A stretch of DNA of 51,572 nucleotides, taken from NCBI GenBank assembly GCA_036562685.1, contig DATCJR010000092.1, positions 1 to 51,572 of the forward strand, written 5' to 3'. The notes under the pieces were generated by a model. The model did no database searches, was not told the DNA's origin, and saw nothing but the letters and a program-made list of their open reading frames with translations. A program made the position numbers and the translations under genes. This DNA comes from Clostridia bacterium. Lineage in GTDB: Bacteria > Bacillota > Clostridia > Christensenellales > DUVY01. Shown here piece after piece: positions 1 through 9,528 of the stretch. Every line of letters begins with the position of its first letter. Position 1 is the stretch's first letter.

Positions 1-1370
1 TCAGGAATCATTGCAGTATAGGTTACGACAGGAATTTGGGTTACTGTAGGTTCCAAAGAATATGTATAGTCATTAACCATACAGCTAAATCCATCAATCA
101 ATACTCCATCAACTTTCAAAGTGCTCAAATATTTTCTTGCTTGATCTTCTGATTCGTTTTTTACAAAGTTTATTTTAATCAGCTTGGATATATCGCCTTT
201 TGATAACTTGAAAACTTTATAATATGTAGTCTGATCATTGGCTGTAACATGTTCTGATTCCTCTACAACTTCTACGGTGTAATCGCTAGAAGCTATGGGG
301 GTTATAGAACCATAACTGGTATCTGTATTTACAGAACTCAAGGTTGCAGCTTCAAATGTTATACTAGGTTCAAAATTATCGTTTTGGTCTCCATCCGGAT
401 CCTCAAAATCCTTAATGTAATAAATCACATATTCAGCATTTTCGTAAGGAATACCAGCTGAAACCTGATCGTAGGTATATTCTTTAAATACAGCGTCGTC
501 TGCAAAAATCTTGGAAATATTAAGCGATGCGCTGTTGCTGTATTGTTCTGCAACTTCTTCATCTGTCAAAAGTTCACTTATTCTAAGGTCATCAAAACGA
601 GCTATATTGCCGTCGCCAAACACCAAACCTTGTGTCTTGGCTGCTTGAATACATGTAGTAACTATATCATTAATGGTATAAGCTGGATTATTCAATGCTG
701 TTGTAAGAGGATAATGGATTGCTTTTACGCCATCTTTATAATATGTAATACCCTTAGCAGCATCAACGCTAATTGTAACGTACATGTATTCATTAAGATT
801 ATTTGATGTTATCGGATCTGTAGTATTCTTAAAGCTGTCCCATTCATGACCGTTAAGCTTATTATCAGCACCAGGATAGATGTTAGCAAATTCGCCTTCA
901 AATCTATAAGTTAGATTAGGAAGTGATATTTCACTTGTTCCTGCTGCATAAAGAGTTCCATATCTAAAGATTGTATTCCAGTCGCTATCTTGGTTAATCA
1001 TCCAGCCACTTACTGAGAAGCCTGTTGCCTCAGAATCTAAAAATGCAGGAATTGTCATACTTCCGCTTGTAAAATTACCTGCGCCTTTTCCTTCCATCGC
1101 ATCAAATGCAACACTTGCTGTCGTTACGGCTTTTTTCTCATCAATTGGATTGCCGTCTTTATCGATAGCTAAAAAGTATTTTGTTGTCGTTTCATCCACC
1201 TTTTCTGTAACAATTTCATCTAAAGTATAGCGGACAATGAACTTATCATTATAGCCTATATCGGGGTCATCATCAGCCACAACGAAACGTAAGCCAATTC
1301 CCACAGTAAGACATAAAGCACTTAAAAGTGATAACAAACTAAGGCAAAACTTTTTGAACTTACTCATCAT
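1..1370 (-). CDS. Secreted cell-surface protein, 3'-partial (C-terminus lies beyond the window start). Has an N-terminal signal peptide, a LamG/concanavalin-like lectin region and a cadherin-like beta-sandwich repeat.
   Basis: Not in the ORF track because it is truncated. My translation of the minus strand from ATGATG at 1370 gives MMSKFKKFCLSLLSLLSALCLTVG..., open to position 1. RBS AAAGGAG is the reverse complement of 1373-1379. The segment LSTLKVDGVLIDGFS...YTYSLE...PVVTYTA resembles the cadherin-like beta-sandwich also found at the C-terminus of the next gene. Confidence 0.6.
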   Translation of the reverse strand, partial: MMSKFKKFCLSLLSLLSALCLTVGIGLRFVVADDDPDIGYNDKFIVRYTLDEIVTEKVDETTTKYFLAIDKDGNPIDEKKAVTTASVAFDAMEGKGAGNFTSGSMTIPAFLDSEATGFSVSGWMINQDSDWNTIFRYGTLYAAGTSEISLPNLTYRFEGEFANIYPGADNKLNGHEWDSFKNTTDPITSNNLNEYMYVTISVDAAKGITYYKDGVKAIHYPLTTALNNPAYTINDIVTTCIQAAKTQGLVFGDGNIARFDDLRISELLTDEEVAEQYSNSASLNISKIFADDAVFKEYTYDQVSAGIPYENAEYVIYYIKDFEDPDGDQNDNFEPSITFEAATLSSVNTDTSYGSITPIASSDYTVEVVEESEHVTANDQTTYYKVFKLSKGDISKLIKINFVKNESEDQARKYLSTLKVDGVLIDGFSCMVNDYTYSLEPTVTQIPVVTYTAMIP

Positions 1371-1433
1371 AAACTCCTTTTTTCTATTTTTTATTTCTCA
1401 TTACTCCCATGAAAAAAGAGCAATGAACAAAAG

Positions 1434-3995
1434 CTAAATAATTTTCTTTTTCTTTTTTAATACAAGCAAAGTAACGACTGCACCACCTGCTACCAAAACA
1501 CCGCAACCCACACTAAGCCCAATAATAATTGCCAAATTATTTTGATTTTTTGATTTACCATTTACGCGATAATTTATGGTATATACAGTAGTAGTGCCAT
1601 CTTCTGCCGTAACTGTAATCTTGGTTGTGTCATTAACTGAATCGGCATAATCGATTTCTACTTTGGCCCTTTGGTCTGTTGGCAAAGCAAAAACTCTAGG
1701 AATGCTTGCGCCGTCTTTAAGATTGACAGTAAAATCAGTTCCGCTTGACACATCATAGGACTTGCCTAGAATTTTCAGACTGCTTAATGTGCTGTCAGTA
1801 CCTTCATTGCCATAAGGGAAAACCAAAACAGAAACTGAATATTTCTTTAAATTTATGGTTGCTTTTTTATTAGAAAATTGCGTTTTATCTATACTTTGAG
1901 GCATTACGGTATATTGAGCCTCGCCTTCGTATGCGTCTGCAAGCTTGTTTACCGCTTTGTTATTGTCATTTTGCATGGTCTTGCCAAAATAATAGCCTCT
2001 TATATCAGAAACAGAACTAAAATCTATATTGACTGTATGCTCAGCATTTCCATAATTGACAAGTTTGATAATGATCTGCTTATTCTTAGTGTCTTGAGTG
2101 ATGCTTTGGGCGACATTGGATAAATTAAGCTGTGCAGGAATATATTTGTCGCCTACATATTCGCTGAACATCTGCTGGACAAAATAATTTGGAGTCAATA
2201 CAATGTTTCTATTATTAAGCCAGATCGCGTTTGTAGCCCAGTTATAATTGCCTTCTTTTCCAAAAAACGGAGCATAACTTGCCATAACCACTATGTCGCT
2301 GTTTTTTTCCAATCCTGTCATAAATGCGGCTTCCGCCAAAGCGCCTTCCAAAGTATTGACTCTTGCACCGCCGCTATTGGCTGAATACTCACCTACGAAG
2401 ACCTTAGCACCGTCTCTGCTGTAAGTGTCATACCTGTTTTTATTGCTGATATACCAGCTTGGACTGTTATAATAATGTTCGTCTACTATAAGGTCTTTAT
2501 AAAGTCCAAACTCGGTAACTTCTTGCGGGCTGCTGCCGTTGATTATGCGCCATGCGTTATAATAATTTGACCCCCAAACATCTGTACCCGAAGTGGTTAC
2601 TAAGGTTATTCCCCATTTTTTGAGCATATCGGTGGGATTGTTTTTATAATAGTCGTAAGCATAATTTTCAAGCTCGCGTTTTGCTGCCGCGAAGTTATCC
2701 CAATATACGCTTCCCCAGTTTTCATTACCCAAAGATATATAATCCAACTCAAAAGGCTCCGGATGTCCCATATCTGTACGCACTTGAGCCCAATACTTTT
2801 CAGCAGGATCATTAGAATTTACACTGCCCTTGGCAAAATAAATCAAATGCAAAGTCTGATCGACTACTTCTGTTTTAAACTCAGGGTCATCATATTTGTA
2901 AATCAAAGCGCCGGTTTCGCCCATTCTTGCCTGACAAATAAGTCCAGCAGATACTACGGGCATTGCCTTCATATTAAGGTCTTCGCACAACAGGAAATAT
3001 TCATAAAATCCAATATTATAACTTTGCCAATATTCCCATAGATTAGGCGTTCCAATACGGTCAGTGAGTTTTCCTACAGTATGTTTCCAGTTGTAAACAT
3101 TTTCCCATGATACCGTACCTTCAGCAACACATCCTCCTGGAAAGCGCAAAAATTTGGGTTTCATCTGTGCAAAGATATCAATTATTTCTTGCTTAATTTT
3201 GCCACCTGTCCATCTGGGATCATTCATTCCATAAGCATTAACAGGCATAAGGCTAAAGAAATCAACATTGATTGTTCCTTTGCCCTGAAAATCCACATAA
3301 AGCGCACCCGCTAAGGATTTTAGCCCCTTAATGCGTGCAGTATATTTTGTCCATTGTTTTGAACTTGAATTATTAAAAGAAAATTTGGCCAAGGTCGTGA
3401 TTATCTCGCCGTCTTTGGTCTGAACATAAACAACAATATCTCCTATGTAGGCATTTGCATCCTGACGCGCATAAAAATAAAACTCATATTCTCTTTGGGC
3501 ATCTATGCATATAGCGTAATCGTCATCATTGATATTGTTGTTTCCGTCAAAATCATCGCCAATAAAGCCGACATTATATATTTTATAGCCCTTTGTTTTT
3601 GTCTCAATTTTTAGATAACTGGGATTGTTGGTGGACATTCCGCCGCTAATAGATAATGTCTTAGTGGCATACTTTGGATTTTCTATATACCAGAATTTCT
3701 GATTATCATCTACAAGCTGGTTCTTTGCAAAATTAATATACTTATACTCAAAAGATTGATTATTAATCATCTCGGCGCTCATGCCGCCGTCAGCACCGTG
3801 ATTAATGTCTTCAAAGAAAATGCCGTACAAGGTTGAACTTACATCGTGAATGCCTGTACCGCTTGCACCCTCCCGCTGATTAAGATCCACCACTAAATCA
3901 GCAGAACTAGCGTAAACTTTATTATTGATTAAAAATGAAAACGAAAACGAAAATACCGCAAAACATAAAACTATCATCAAAAAACATTTTTTCAT
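1434..3995 (-). CDS. GH51-type alpha-L-arabinofuranosidase with an N-terminal signal peptide, a C-terminal cadherin-like beta-sandwich domain and a C-terminal transmembrane anchor.
   Basis: YGIFFEDINHGADGGMSAEMINNQSFE and LGNENWG motifs are typical of GH51 arabinofuranosidases. The C-terminus is LSSLKILGKSYDV...TVYTINY followed by the hydrophobic LAIIIGLSVGCGVLVAGGAVVTLLVL and KKKKK. I prefer ATG at 3995 (MKKCFLMIV, RBS GAGGGTGG) over the TTG at 4010 used in the track. Confidence 0.8.
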   Translation of the reverse strand: MKKCFLMIVLCFAVFSFSFSFLINNKVYASSADLVVDLNQREGASGTGIHDVSSTLYGIFFEDINHGADGGMSAEMINNQSFEYKYINFAKNQLVDDNQKFWYIENPKYATKTLSISGGMSTNNPSYLKIETKTKGYKIYNVGFIGDDFDGNNNINDDDYAICIDAQREYEFYFYARQDANAYIGDIVVYVQTKDGEIITTLAKFSFNNSSSKQWTKYTARIKGLKSLAGALYVDFQGKGTINVDFFSLMPVNAYGMNDPRWTGGKIKQEIIDIFAQMKPKFLRFPGGCVAEGTVSWENVYNWKHTVGKLTDRIGTPNLWEYWQSYNIGFYEYFLLCEDLNMKAMPVVSAGLICQARMGETGALIYKYDDPEFKTEVVDQTLHLIYFAKGSVNSNDPAEKYWAQVRTDMGHPEPFELDYISLGNENWGSVYWDNFAAAKRELENYAYDYYKNNPTDMLKKWGITLVTTSGTDVWGSNYYNAWRIINGSSPQEVTEFGLYKDLIVDEHYYNSPSWYISNKNRYDTYSRDGAKVFVGEYSANSGGARVNTLEGALAEAAFMTGLEKNSDIVVMASYAPFFGKEGNYNWATNAIWLNNRNIVLTPNYFVQQMFSEYVGDKYIPAQLNLSNVAQSITQDTKNKQIIIKLVNYGNAEHTVNIDFSSVSDIRGYYFGKTMQNDNNKAVNKLADAYEGEAQYTVMPQSIDKTQFSNKKATINLKKYSVSVLVFPYGNEGTDSTLSSLKILGKSYDVSSGTDFTVNLKDGASIPRVFALPTDQRAKVEIDYADSVNDTTKITVTAEDGTTTVYTINYRVNGKSKNQNNLAIIIGLSVGCGVLVAGGAVVTLLVLKKKKKII

Positions 3996-4097
3996 CAAAT
4001 CCACCCTCAAGAAAATGTTTTAGTCGTAATTAAAATAAATTATTTGTTTTATATAAAGCTGTTATATTTTAGTATTTTCTAAAGCTTTTGCAAAATT

Positions 4098-4126
4098 ATA
4101 ATATCATATCCTAATATACTTGTCAA
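4098..4126 (-). promoter_or_regulatory. Candidate sigma-A promoter for the arabinofuranosidase operon.
   Basis: Minus strand reads TTGACA - 17 nt - TATTAT, with TG at the extended -10 position (TGATATTAT). Confidence 0.4.
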
Positions 4127-4692
4127 TAGCATTTGATAAATTTTTTAAATTTTTAAATGTTTTATCAAATAGTTTAGTATTTTTATCAAAATAAAAAATT
4201 ATATTAGTGATTTTACCATAAGAATGACTATAAAATTATGTATTCGTTTAATTATATTTATACTATTATATTTACAGTTAAACTTTTATAATGCATTTAA
4301 GATATATTTTTAAATTTTACTAAACTAATTCAAGATTTATTAAAAGACATAAAAATCAAAAAATCTTCATGTTCTCGCTTTTTTGATTTTATATTTGAAG
4401 CAGTTTATAAATGGCAATCTAAAATCACCAGCGAATATGTTGTAAAAAAAATCTAAAATAAATTCTTAAAAAACATCATAAAATTTTTTATAAAAATATC
4501 CGCTTGGAGATCCAAGCAGATATTTCTTATTCATCTATCAAATTATTTACTCAATTTTTATCCAGCGGGCGAACAAAACGGTTTCTTTCATATATGGGAC
4601 TGCCGTCTTTCGTCTTTTTCTATCATCACTTCGTCATTTTCAAAATCCCTTTCGTGTTTAAACTCTGGTTCTGTGTACCTAAAAAAGATAAT

Positions 4693-4726
4693 AAAAAAAG
4701 ACTTGCATGACAGCAAGTCTTTTTTA
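4693..4726 (-). terminator. Rho-independent terminator downstream of rpmF (bidirectional shape).
   Basis: Stem AAGACTTGC / GCAAGTCTT with a 6-nt loop, flanked by A-run and T-run, 34 nt past the rpmF stop. Confidence 0.7.
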
Positions 4727-4759
4727 AATAATATAAAACTATCAAAACTACTAAAGATT

Positions 4760-4951
4760 TTACTTCTCTTTAGCCTTGTTAACTTCTACAACCTTTTGTC
4801 CGTCATAATATCCGCAAGCCTTACATACGCGGTGTGCAAGTTTGAATTCGTGACATTGAGGGCATTCGTTCAAATTAGGCACCTCCGCCTTCCAGTTAGC
4901 AAATCTGGTATTAGCTCTTTGTTTTGATGTTTTTCTCTTGGGTACTGCCAT
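4760..4951 (-). CDS. rpmF: 50S ribosomal protein L32.
   Basis: [16 protein letters not shown]... with CPQC...CKAC zinc ribbon. TAATG overlap with the upstream yceD, and RBS GGAGGTG. Confidence 0.97.
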   Translation of the reverse strand: MAVPKRKTSKQRANTRFANWKAEVPNLNECPQCHEFKLAHRVCKACGYYDGQKVVEVNKAKEK

Positions 4952-5430
4952 TACTTTTCACCTCCAATGTCCTTTAATATATCGAATGGATTATTTCTGA
5001 CTTCGTCAATCTTGCAGTCGCATTGATTATAATTTCTATCCGTTCCGCAAACGGGACACAATCCTTTGCAATCCGGTTTGCACAAAAGTCTAGACGGCAA
5101 ACTTAACATCAAAGCATCAATCACCAACTGAGTCAAATCAATCTTGTTTCCATCAAAATGGTATTGATCCTCGTTATTGTCAACTAAAAAAGCTTCATCA
5201 AAATCAATACTATTTGAATACTCACAATCTTTTGCACAAAGGTCGCATTTGTATTCAAAGCCGTATTCTATAATGCCTGATGCTCTCCAGCCCCCGCTTA
5301 TCCTATCAAGTTCGCCGGTTATCTTTATCGGACGATCAGGATGGACATAATCGGGAAGAAACGGTTCCGCCTTTTCCTCAAAAGCAAAAGAAATCTGGTC
5401 TTTTGAGTTGGCAGGAATATTTATAATCAT
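4951..5430 (-). CDS. yceD: YceD/DUF177 family protein (large-subunit rRNA accumulation protein).
   Basis: Conserved position upstream of rpmF. C-terminal Cys cluster [17 protein letters not shown]. Confidence 0.9.
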   Translation of the reverse strand: MIINIPANSKDQISFAFEEKAEPFLPDYVHPDRPIKITGELDRISGGWRASGIIEYGFEYKCDLCAKDCEYSNSIDFDEAFLVDNNEDQYHFDGNKIDLTQLVIDALMLSLPSRLLCKPDCKGLCPVCGTDRNYNQCDCKIDEVRNNPFDILKDIGGEK

Positions 5431-5451
5431 ATTTTACCTCACGGCTAGCTT

Positions 5452-5480
5452 ATTATATTAAATCAAACCAAAATTGTCAA
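5452..5480 (-). promoter_or_regulatory. Consensus sigma-A promoter for yceD-rpmF.
   Basis: Minus strand reads TTGACA - 17 nt - TATAAT, abutting the ackA stop codon and followed by RBS GAGGT before the yceD ATG. Confidence 0.6.
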
Positions 5481-6683
5481 TTATTTTTCTATTAAAGCCT
5501 TAGTTTCTCTAGCGATAACTAATTCTTCATTGGTAGGAACAAGCAATACTTTTATCTTGGATGACGGTTTGCTTAGTTCGGTTAGTTTTCCGCGTACGAC
5601 ATTGTAATTGAGTTCGTTGTCAAAATCTATGCCTAAGAATTCCAGTCCCTTAACTACACGCTCTCTTACTTCAGGCGTATGCTCGCCTATTCCTGCGGTA
5701 AACACAATCACATCCACACCGCCCATTGCAGCAGCATAAGCTCCTATATATTTTTTTACTCTGTAGCTAAATACATCTATTGCAAGCTCGGCTCTTTTGT
5801 TGCCTTCGTACATCGCTTTGGTCAAATCTCTAAAGTCGCTGCTTACTCCGCTCAATCCCCAAACACCGCTTTGTTTGTTGAGATAATTAAGCACTTCATA
5901 TACGGTCCAGTCTGTTTTACCTATTATATATTCGATAACTGCAGGATCGATATCTCCGCAGCGTGTTCCCATAGCAAGTCCTTCCAAAGGCGTAAAGCCC
6001 ATAGAAGTATCAACAGACTTTCCGTTTTGGACTGCGGTAACTGATGCACCGTTGCCCAAGTGGCAGGTTATAATCTTTAGATCTTTTATATCTTTTTTCA
6101 AATATTCTGCGGCTACTTGAGAAACATATTTGTGCGATGTTCCGTGGAAGCCGTATTTTCTTATCTTCCAATCCTTATATGCTTCGTAAGGTATTGCATA
6201 CATATAAGCATAAGGCGGCATTGTAGAATGAAATGCTGTATCAAATACCGCCGCCATAGGCGTAGTAGGCATAACCTCACGGCAAGCTTCTATTCCCATA
6301 ATGTTGGCGGGAACATGCAAAGGCGCAAGATCGCTGTTCTTGCGGCAGGTTTCAAGTACTTTTTCGTCTATCAAAACCGAACTGTTGAAGTCCTCTCCGC
6401 TATGCACTACTCTGTGACCTACTGCATCTATTTCTTTAACATCTTTTATAACACCATATTGAGGGTCTACCAAAGCATCAAGCATAAGCTTAACTGCTAC
6501 AATATGATTGGGCATAGGCTTTTGAATAGAAAAGTCAGTGCCGTCTTTTCCTGTCGCTTTTAAAATTGAGCCGTTAAGTCCTATTCTTTCACATGTACCC
6601 TTGGCAATAACTCCTTCGGTATTCATATCAATAAGCTGATATTTTAGCGAACTGCTGCCTGCATTAACTACCAAAATGTTCAT
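5481..6683 (-). CDS. ackA: Acetate kinase.
   Basis: MNILVVNAGSSSLKYQL, HRVVHSG, FHGTSH and EELVIARET motifs over full length. Confidence 0.97.
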   Translation of the reverse strand: MNILVVNAGSSSLKYQLIDMNTEGVIAKGTCERIGLNGSILKATGKDGTDFSIQKPMPNHIVAVKLMLDALVDPQYGVIKDVKEIDAVGHRVVHSGEDFNSSVLIDEKVLETCRKNSDLAPLHVPANIMGIEACREVMPTTPMAAVFDTAFHSTMPPYAYMYAIPYEAYKDWKIRKYGFHGTSHKYVSQVAAEYLKKDIKDLKIITCHLGNGASVTAVQNGKSVDTSMGFTPLEGLAMGTRCGDIDPAVIEYIIGKTDWTVYEVLNYLNKQSGVWGLSGVSSDFRDLTKAMYEGNKRAELAIDVFSYRVKKYIGAYAAAMGGVDVIVFTAGIGEHTPEVRERVVKGLEFLGIDFDNELNYNVVRGKLTELSKPSSKIKVLLVPTNEELVIARETKALIEK

Positions 6684-6732
6684 CTTGTATTATTTTCTCC
6701 GTTTTTATATTTTTTTAAAAACTCAAAAAATT

Positions 6733-6768
6733 AGAGGCGTTTTTTGTTAAAAAACGCCTTTGTTTTTT
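6733..6768 (-). terminator. Intercistronic stem-loop between pta and ackA (terminator, attenuator or mRNA-processing hairpin).
   Basis: AGGCGTTTTTT / AAAAAACGCCT stem with a 3-nt loop; a T-run follows on the minus strand. Confidence 0.5.
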
Positions 6769-6772
6769 ATTG

Positions 6773-7765
6773 TTAATTGTTAAGTGTTGCCTGAACTGCT
6801 GTTATTGCTACTGCGCTTACTACATCTTCTGCAGTACAGCCTCTTGACAAGTCGTTTACAGGTTTGTTGAAGCCTTGGCATATAGGTCCTATCGCCTCTG
6901 CACCTGCAAGTCTTTGTACCAGCTTATATGAAATATTGCCTGCATTAAGATCAGGGAATATAAGCACATTTGCTTTGCCTGCTACAGGGCTGTCGGGGCT
7001 CTTTAATTTTGCAACGCTTTCTACCAAAGCGGCATCGCCCTGCAATTCTCCATCAACTTTTAGATTAGGATCAAGTTCTTTTGCTTTTTGTGTAGCCAAA
7101 ACCACCTTGTCAACAAGCTCGTGCTTAGCGCTGCCCTTGGTTGAGAATGAAAGCATAGCCACATGAGGATCCATGCCTGTAAGTACTGCAGCACTCTTTG
7201 CGCTGGTTACTGCAATCTCTGCCAATTGATCCGCATCAGGATTGGGGTTGAGTCCGCAGTCAGCAAATAAAAATGCTCCGTTGTATCCGTATTTTGAACC
7301 TTCTATTACCATCAAGAAAAAGCTGGATATTGTATTGATTCCAGGAGCTGCTTTTATTATCTGCAATGCAGGTCTTAAAGTATCGCCTGTTGCGTGAATA
7401 GCGCCTGCTACCATACCGTCAGCATCATCAGCTTTTACAGCCAAAACCGAATAATACAAAGGATCCAAAACCAGTTCTTGCGCTTTTTCAAGTGTCATTC
7501 CCTTGTTTTTTCTTAATTCGTATAAAAGATTAGTGTACTTTTCACGGTTGGGATCTGTTTTGGGATCGATTATTTCGATTCCGGTCAAATCTCCGCCTTT
7601 CTTTTTTATTTCGTCATAGTCGCCGGTCAAAACAACTCTGGCAATTTTTTCTTTTGCTATTATCTTAGCAGCTTCAATAATTCTAGGTTCTTCGCCTTCA
7701 GCTAGTATAATCTTTTTGTTCGCCTTTTTCGCTCTTTCGCGAATTTCATCTAACAGTCTAGACAT
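6773..7765 (-). CDS. pta: Phosphate acetyltransferase.
   Basis: Full-length PTA_PTB-type sequence (ILAEGEEPRI..., DCGLNPNP, SRGCTAEDV), adjacent to ackA. Confidence 0.95.
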   Translation of the reverse strand: MSRLLDEIRERAKKANKKIILAEGEEPRIIEAAKIIAKEKIARVVLTGDYDEIKKKGGDLTGIEIIDPKTDPNREKYTNLLYELRKNKGMTLEKAQELVLDPLYYSVLAVKADDADGMVAGAIHATGDTLRPALQIIKAAPGINTISSFFLMVIEGSKYGYNGAFLFADCGLNPNPDADQLAEIAVTSAKSAAVLTGMDPHVAMLSFSTKGSAKHELVDKVVLATQKAKELDPNLKVDGELQGDAALVESVAKLKSPDSPVAGKANVLIFPDLNAGNISYKLVQRLAGAEAIGPICQGFNKPVNDLSRGCTAEDVVSAVAITAVQATLNN

Positions 7766-7801
7766 CCTAACACTCCAATGTTATAATAATTTTACCTAAA
7801 T

Positions 7802-7830
7802 ATTATACTCTTATAACCATTTTCTGTAAA
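7802..7830 (-). promoter_or_regulatory. Candidate sigma-A promoter for pta.
   Basis: Minus strand reads TTTACA - 17 nt - TATAAT, about 35 nt upstream of RBS GGAG and the ATG. Confidence 0.5.
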
Positions 7831-7980
7831 CACAAAAGGCGGTTATAACGACAATAAGTTTGAAATTTTGACAATAAAAAATCATAAAAAAATGGTAATA
7901 TTATTAAATTATCATCTGTAAAAGACGGTAATTTTATAATGCACCTTTGTTGAAAAAAAACTAGACAGGCAGAAAACTTG

Positions 7981-9171
7981 ATGAAACTTGCGGCTATTAT
8001 TTGTGAATACAATCCACTTCATAATGGGCACATAGAACATATACGCTACACAAAAGAAGCTCTAGCTTGCGATAACCTGATATGCGTTATGAGCGGCAAT
8101 TTTGTTCAGCGCGGCGAACCAGCTATCTTGGACAAATACACAAGAACGCTTGCAGCACTTACAGTCGGAGCCGACATGGTTATCGAACTGCCTACTATAT
8201 TTGCTGTTTCGGGCGCAGACATCTTTGCCGACGGAGCTGTCAGAATAATCAATTCCATAAAAGATATGCGCGTGCTGTCTTTTGGAAGCGAAAGTGGAAA
8301 ATTATCAGAATTAATAGACGCGGCAATGAATCTAAAAACAGAGAGCCCGGAATACAAAAAAGCAGTAAAAGAAAGTCTAGACAAAGGCGCAAGTTATCCA
8401 AAAGCTAGATCTACTGCAGCAAGAGAAGTATTCGGTCAAGACTTTGAATCGCTTATAAGCGAACCAAACAATATCCTTGCGATAGAATATATAAAAGCGC
8501 TGATAAGATATAACAGCATGGTCGCTCCCGCCACTCTAAAAAGGCTGGGAAGCGGTTATAATGAAACTCAATTAAAGGGCGTTTTTGATTCGGCTACCGC
8601 GATACGTACAGCCGTAAAAAACGGTTCTTGGGACAGTATAAGCTCTGTGCCTGACGATTTAAAGACACTATATAAAGATAATTATTATGACTTTTCCGCT
8701 ATGCTGCAGGCGTTGTCCGATATCTGTATTTTTGATATTATTTCGTCTTCGCCCAAACAGCTCAAGAGTATCTTCGATTTTACCGAAGGCATAGAAAACC
8801 GCATTAAAGACAAAGTTCAAAAATATCATACGCTTGAAGATTTGGCGGCCAATATCAAGACCAAAAGATATACTCTCGCCAGACTAAAAAGAATGCTGCT
8901 TTATCCTGCGTTAAAAATAACCAAAGATTTGATTAACAACGCAAAAAAATGCCCCCCGTATATCAATGTGCTTGGCATAAAAAAGGACAAAAAAGAACTG
9001 CTTTCAAGACTGCCGGCTAACACAATCACTAGAAAAAAAGATATAGAAAAAATAAGCGATCCTTTTACCCTAGAAATGCTTAATGTCAATATCTTGGCCG
9101 ATGACTTATACTGCCAGATAACCAAAAGAAAAAAGGGAATGTTTTTGGGACAAGGAATGATAGTGTATTAG
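7981..9171 (+). CDS. tmcAL: tRNA(Met) cytidine acetate ligase (TmcAL/YlbM, UPF0348 nucleotidyltransferase).
   Basis: N-terminus MKLAAIICEYNPLHNGHIEHI and length around 395 aa are typical of the family. ATG at 7981 is preferred over TTG at 7978. Confidence 0.85.
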   Translation: MKLAAIICEYNPLHNGHIEHIRYTKEALACDNLICVMSGNFVQRGEPAILDKYTRTLAALTVGADMVIELPTIFAVSGADIFADGAVRIINSIKDMRVLSFGSESGKLSELIDAAMNLKTESPEYKKAVKESLDKGASYPKARSTAAREVFGQDFESLISEPNNILAIEYIKALIRYNSMVAPATLKRLGSGYNETQLKGVFDSATAIRTAVKNGSWDSISSVPDDLKTLYKDNYYDFSAMLQALSDICIFDIISSSPKQLKSIFDFTEGIENRIKDKVQKYHTLEDLAANIKTKRYTLARLKRMLLYPALKITKDLINNAKKCPPYINVLGIKKDKKELLSRLPANTITRKKDIEKISDPFTLEMLNVNILADDLYCQITKRKKGMFLGQGMIVY

Positions 9172-9177
9172 GCAAAT

Positions 9178-9210
9178 TAAAATCTGTTGAATTTTTCAAC
9201 AGATTTTTTA
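9178..9210 (+). terminator. Rho-independent terminator of tmcAL.
   Basis: AAATCTGTTGAA / TTCAACAGATTT stem followed by TTTTTT. Confidence 0.75.
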
Positions 9211-9528
9211 TTAATTAGATTTTTTACCATCTTCCGTTAAAAAATGAACACCAAAACAATTATCTATTTTTCCATCTTCAAGCTATAACACTTAAATAAA
9301 ATTCATTGGTATCAGCACAATAACCAATAAAAGTCCGTCTTTATTATTAGAAATACTGACCAAGTCTAATTCATATAAGTTCCGCTAAATTTTATTGAAT
9401 TCGTACTTTGGTTAATTACAATTCGACATTATCAAATTCATTAAAAAAACTTTGATAGTCAACGCTATCAGCATTTAACGTCACTGTACGAATTTGCGCC
9501 TTTTGATGATTACATCCTACAGACAATC

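Noticed and set aside
543-806. Plus-strand 87-aa ORF from the track. The same applies to many similar antisense or out-of-frame ORFs, e.g. 1878-2123, 2763-3041, 5679-6044, 6117-6563, 6864-7166, 8082-8408, 8106-8384, 9619-10008, 11097-11450, 13935-14426, 14353-14667, 15009-15305, 16467-16748, 18798-19337, 24656-24979, 25882-26256, 27229-27675, 33295-33714, 34968-35312, 37453-37743, 43532-43855, 44762-45159, 45685-46080, 50612-50956.
   Set aside because: Each lies wholly inside, or mostly overlaps, a well-supported conserved gene on the other strand or in another frame. Their translations are low-complexity or Cys/Phe/Ile-rich junk without RBSs.
4504-4927. Plus-strand ORFs 4504-4710 and 4673-4927 in and next to the AT-rich intergenic region.
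   Set aside because: Hydrophobic low-complexity translations with no RBS. One runs through the rpmF terminator and the other is antisense to rpmF.
7803-8012. 69-aa minus-strand ORF in the pta/tmcAL divergent promoter region.
   Set aside because: It overlaps the tmcAL start and the predicted pta promoter, has no RBS, and its sequence is implausible.
9211-9528. ORF-free tract of about 320 bp between the convergent tmcAL and the 141-aa gene, including a possible 36-codon TTG-initiated ORF (MSVGCNHQKAQIRTVTLNADSVDYQSFFNEFDNVEL) on the minus strand.
   Set aside because: No RBS at proper spacing, no promoter or terminator signature, and no recognisable RNA structure. It may be a gene remnant but there is not enough evidence to call it.
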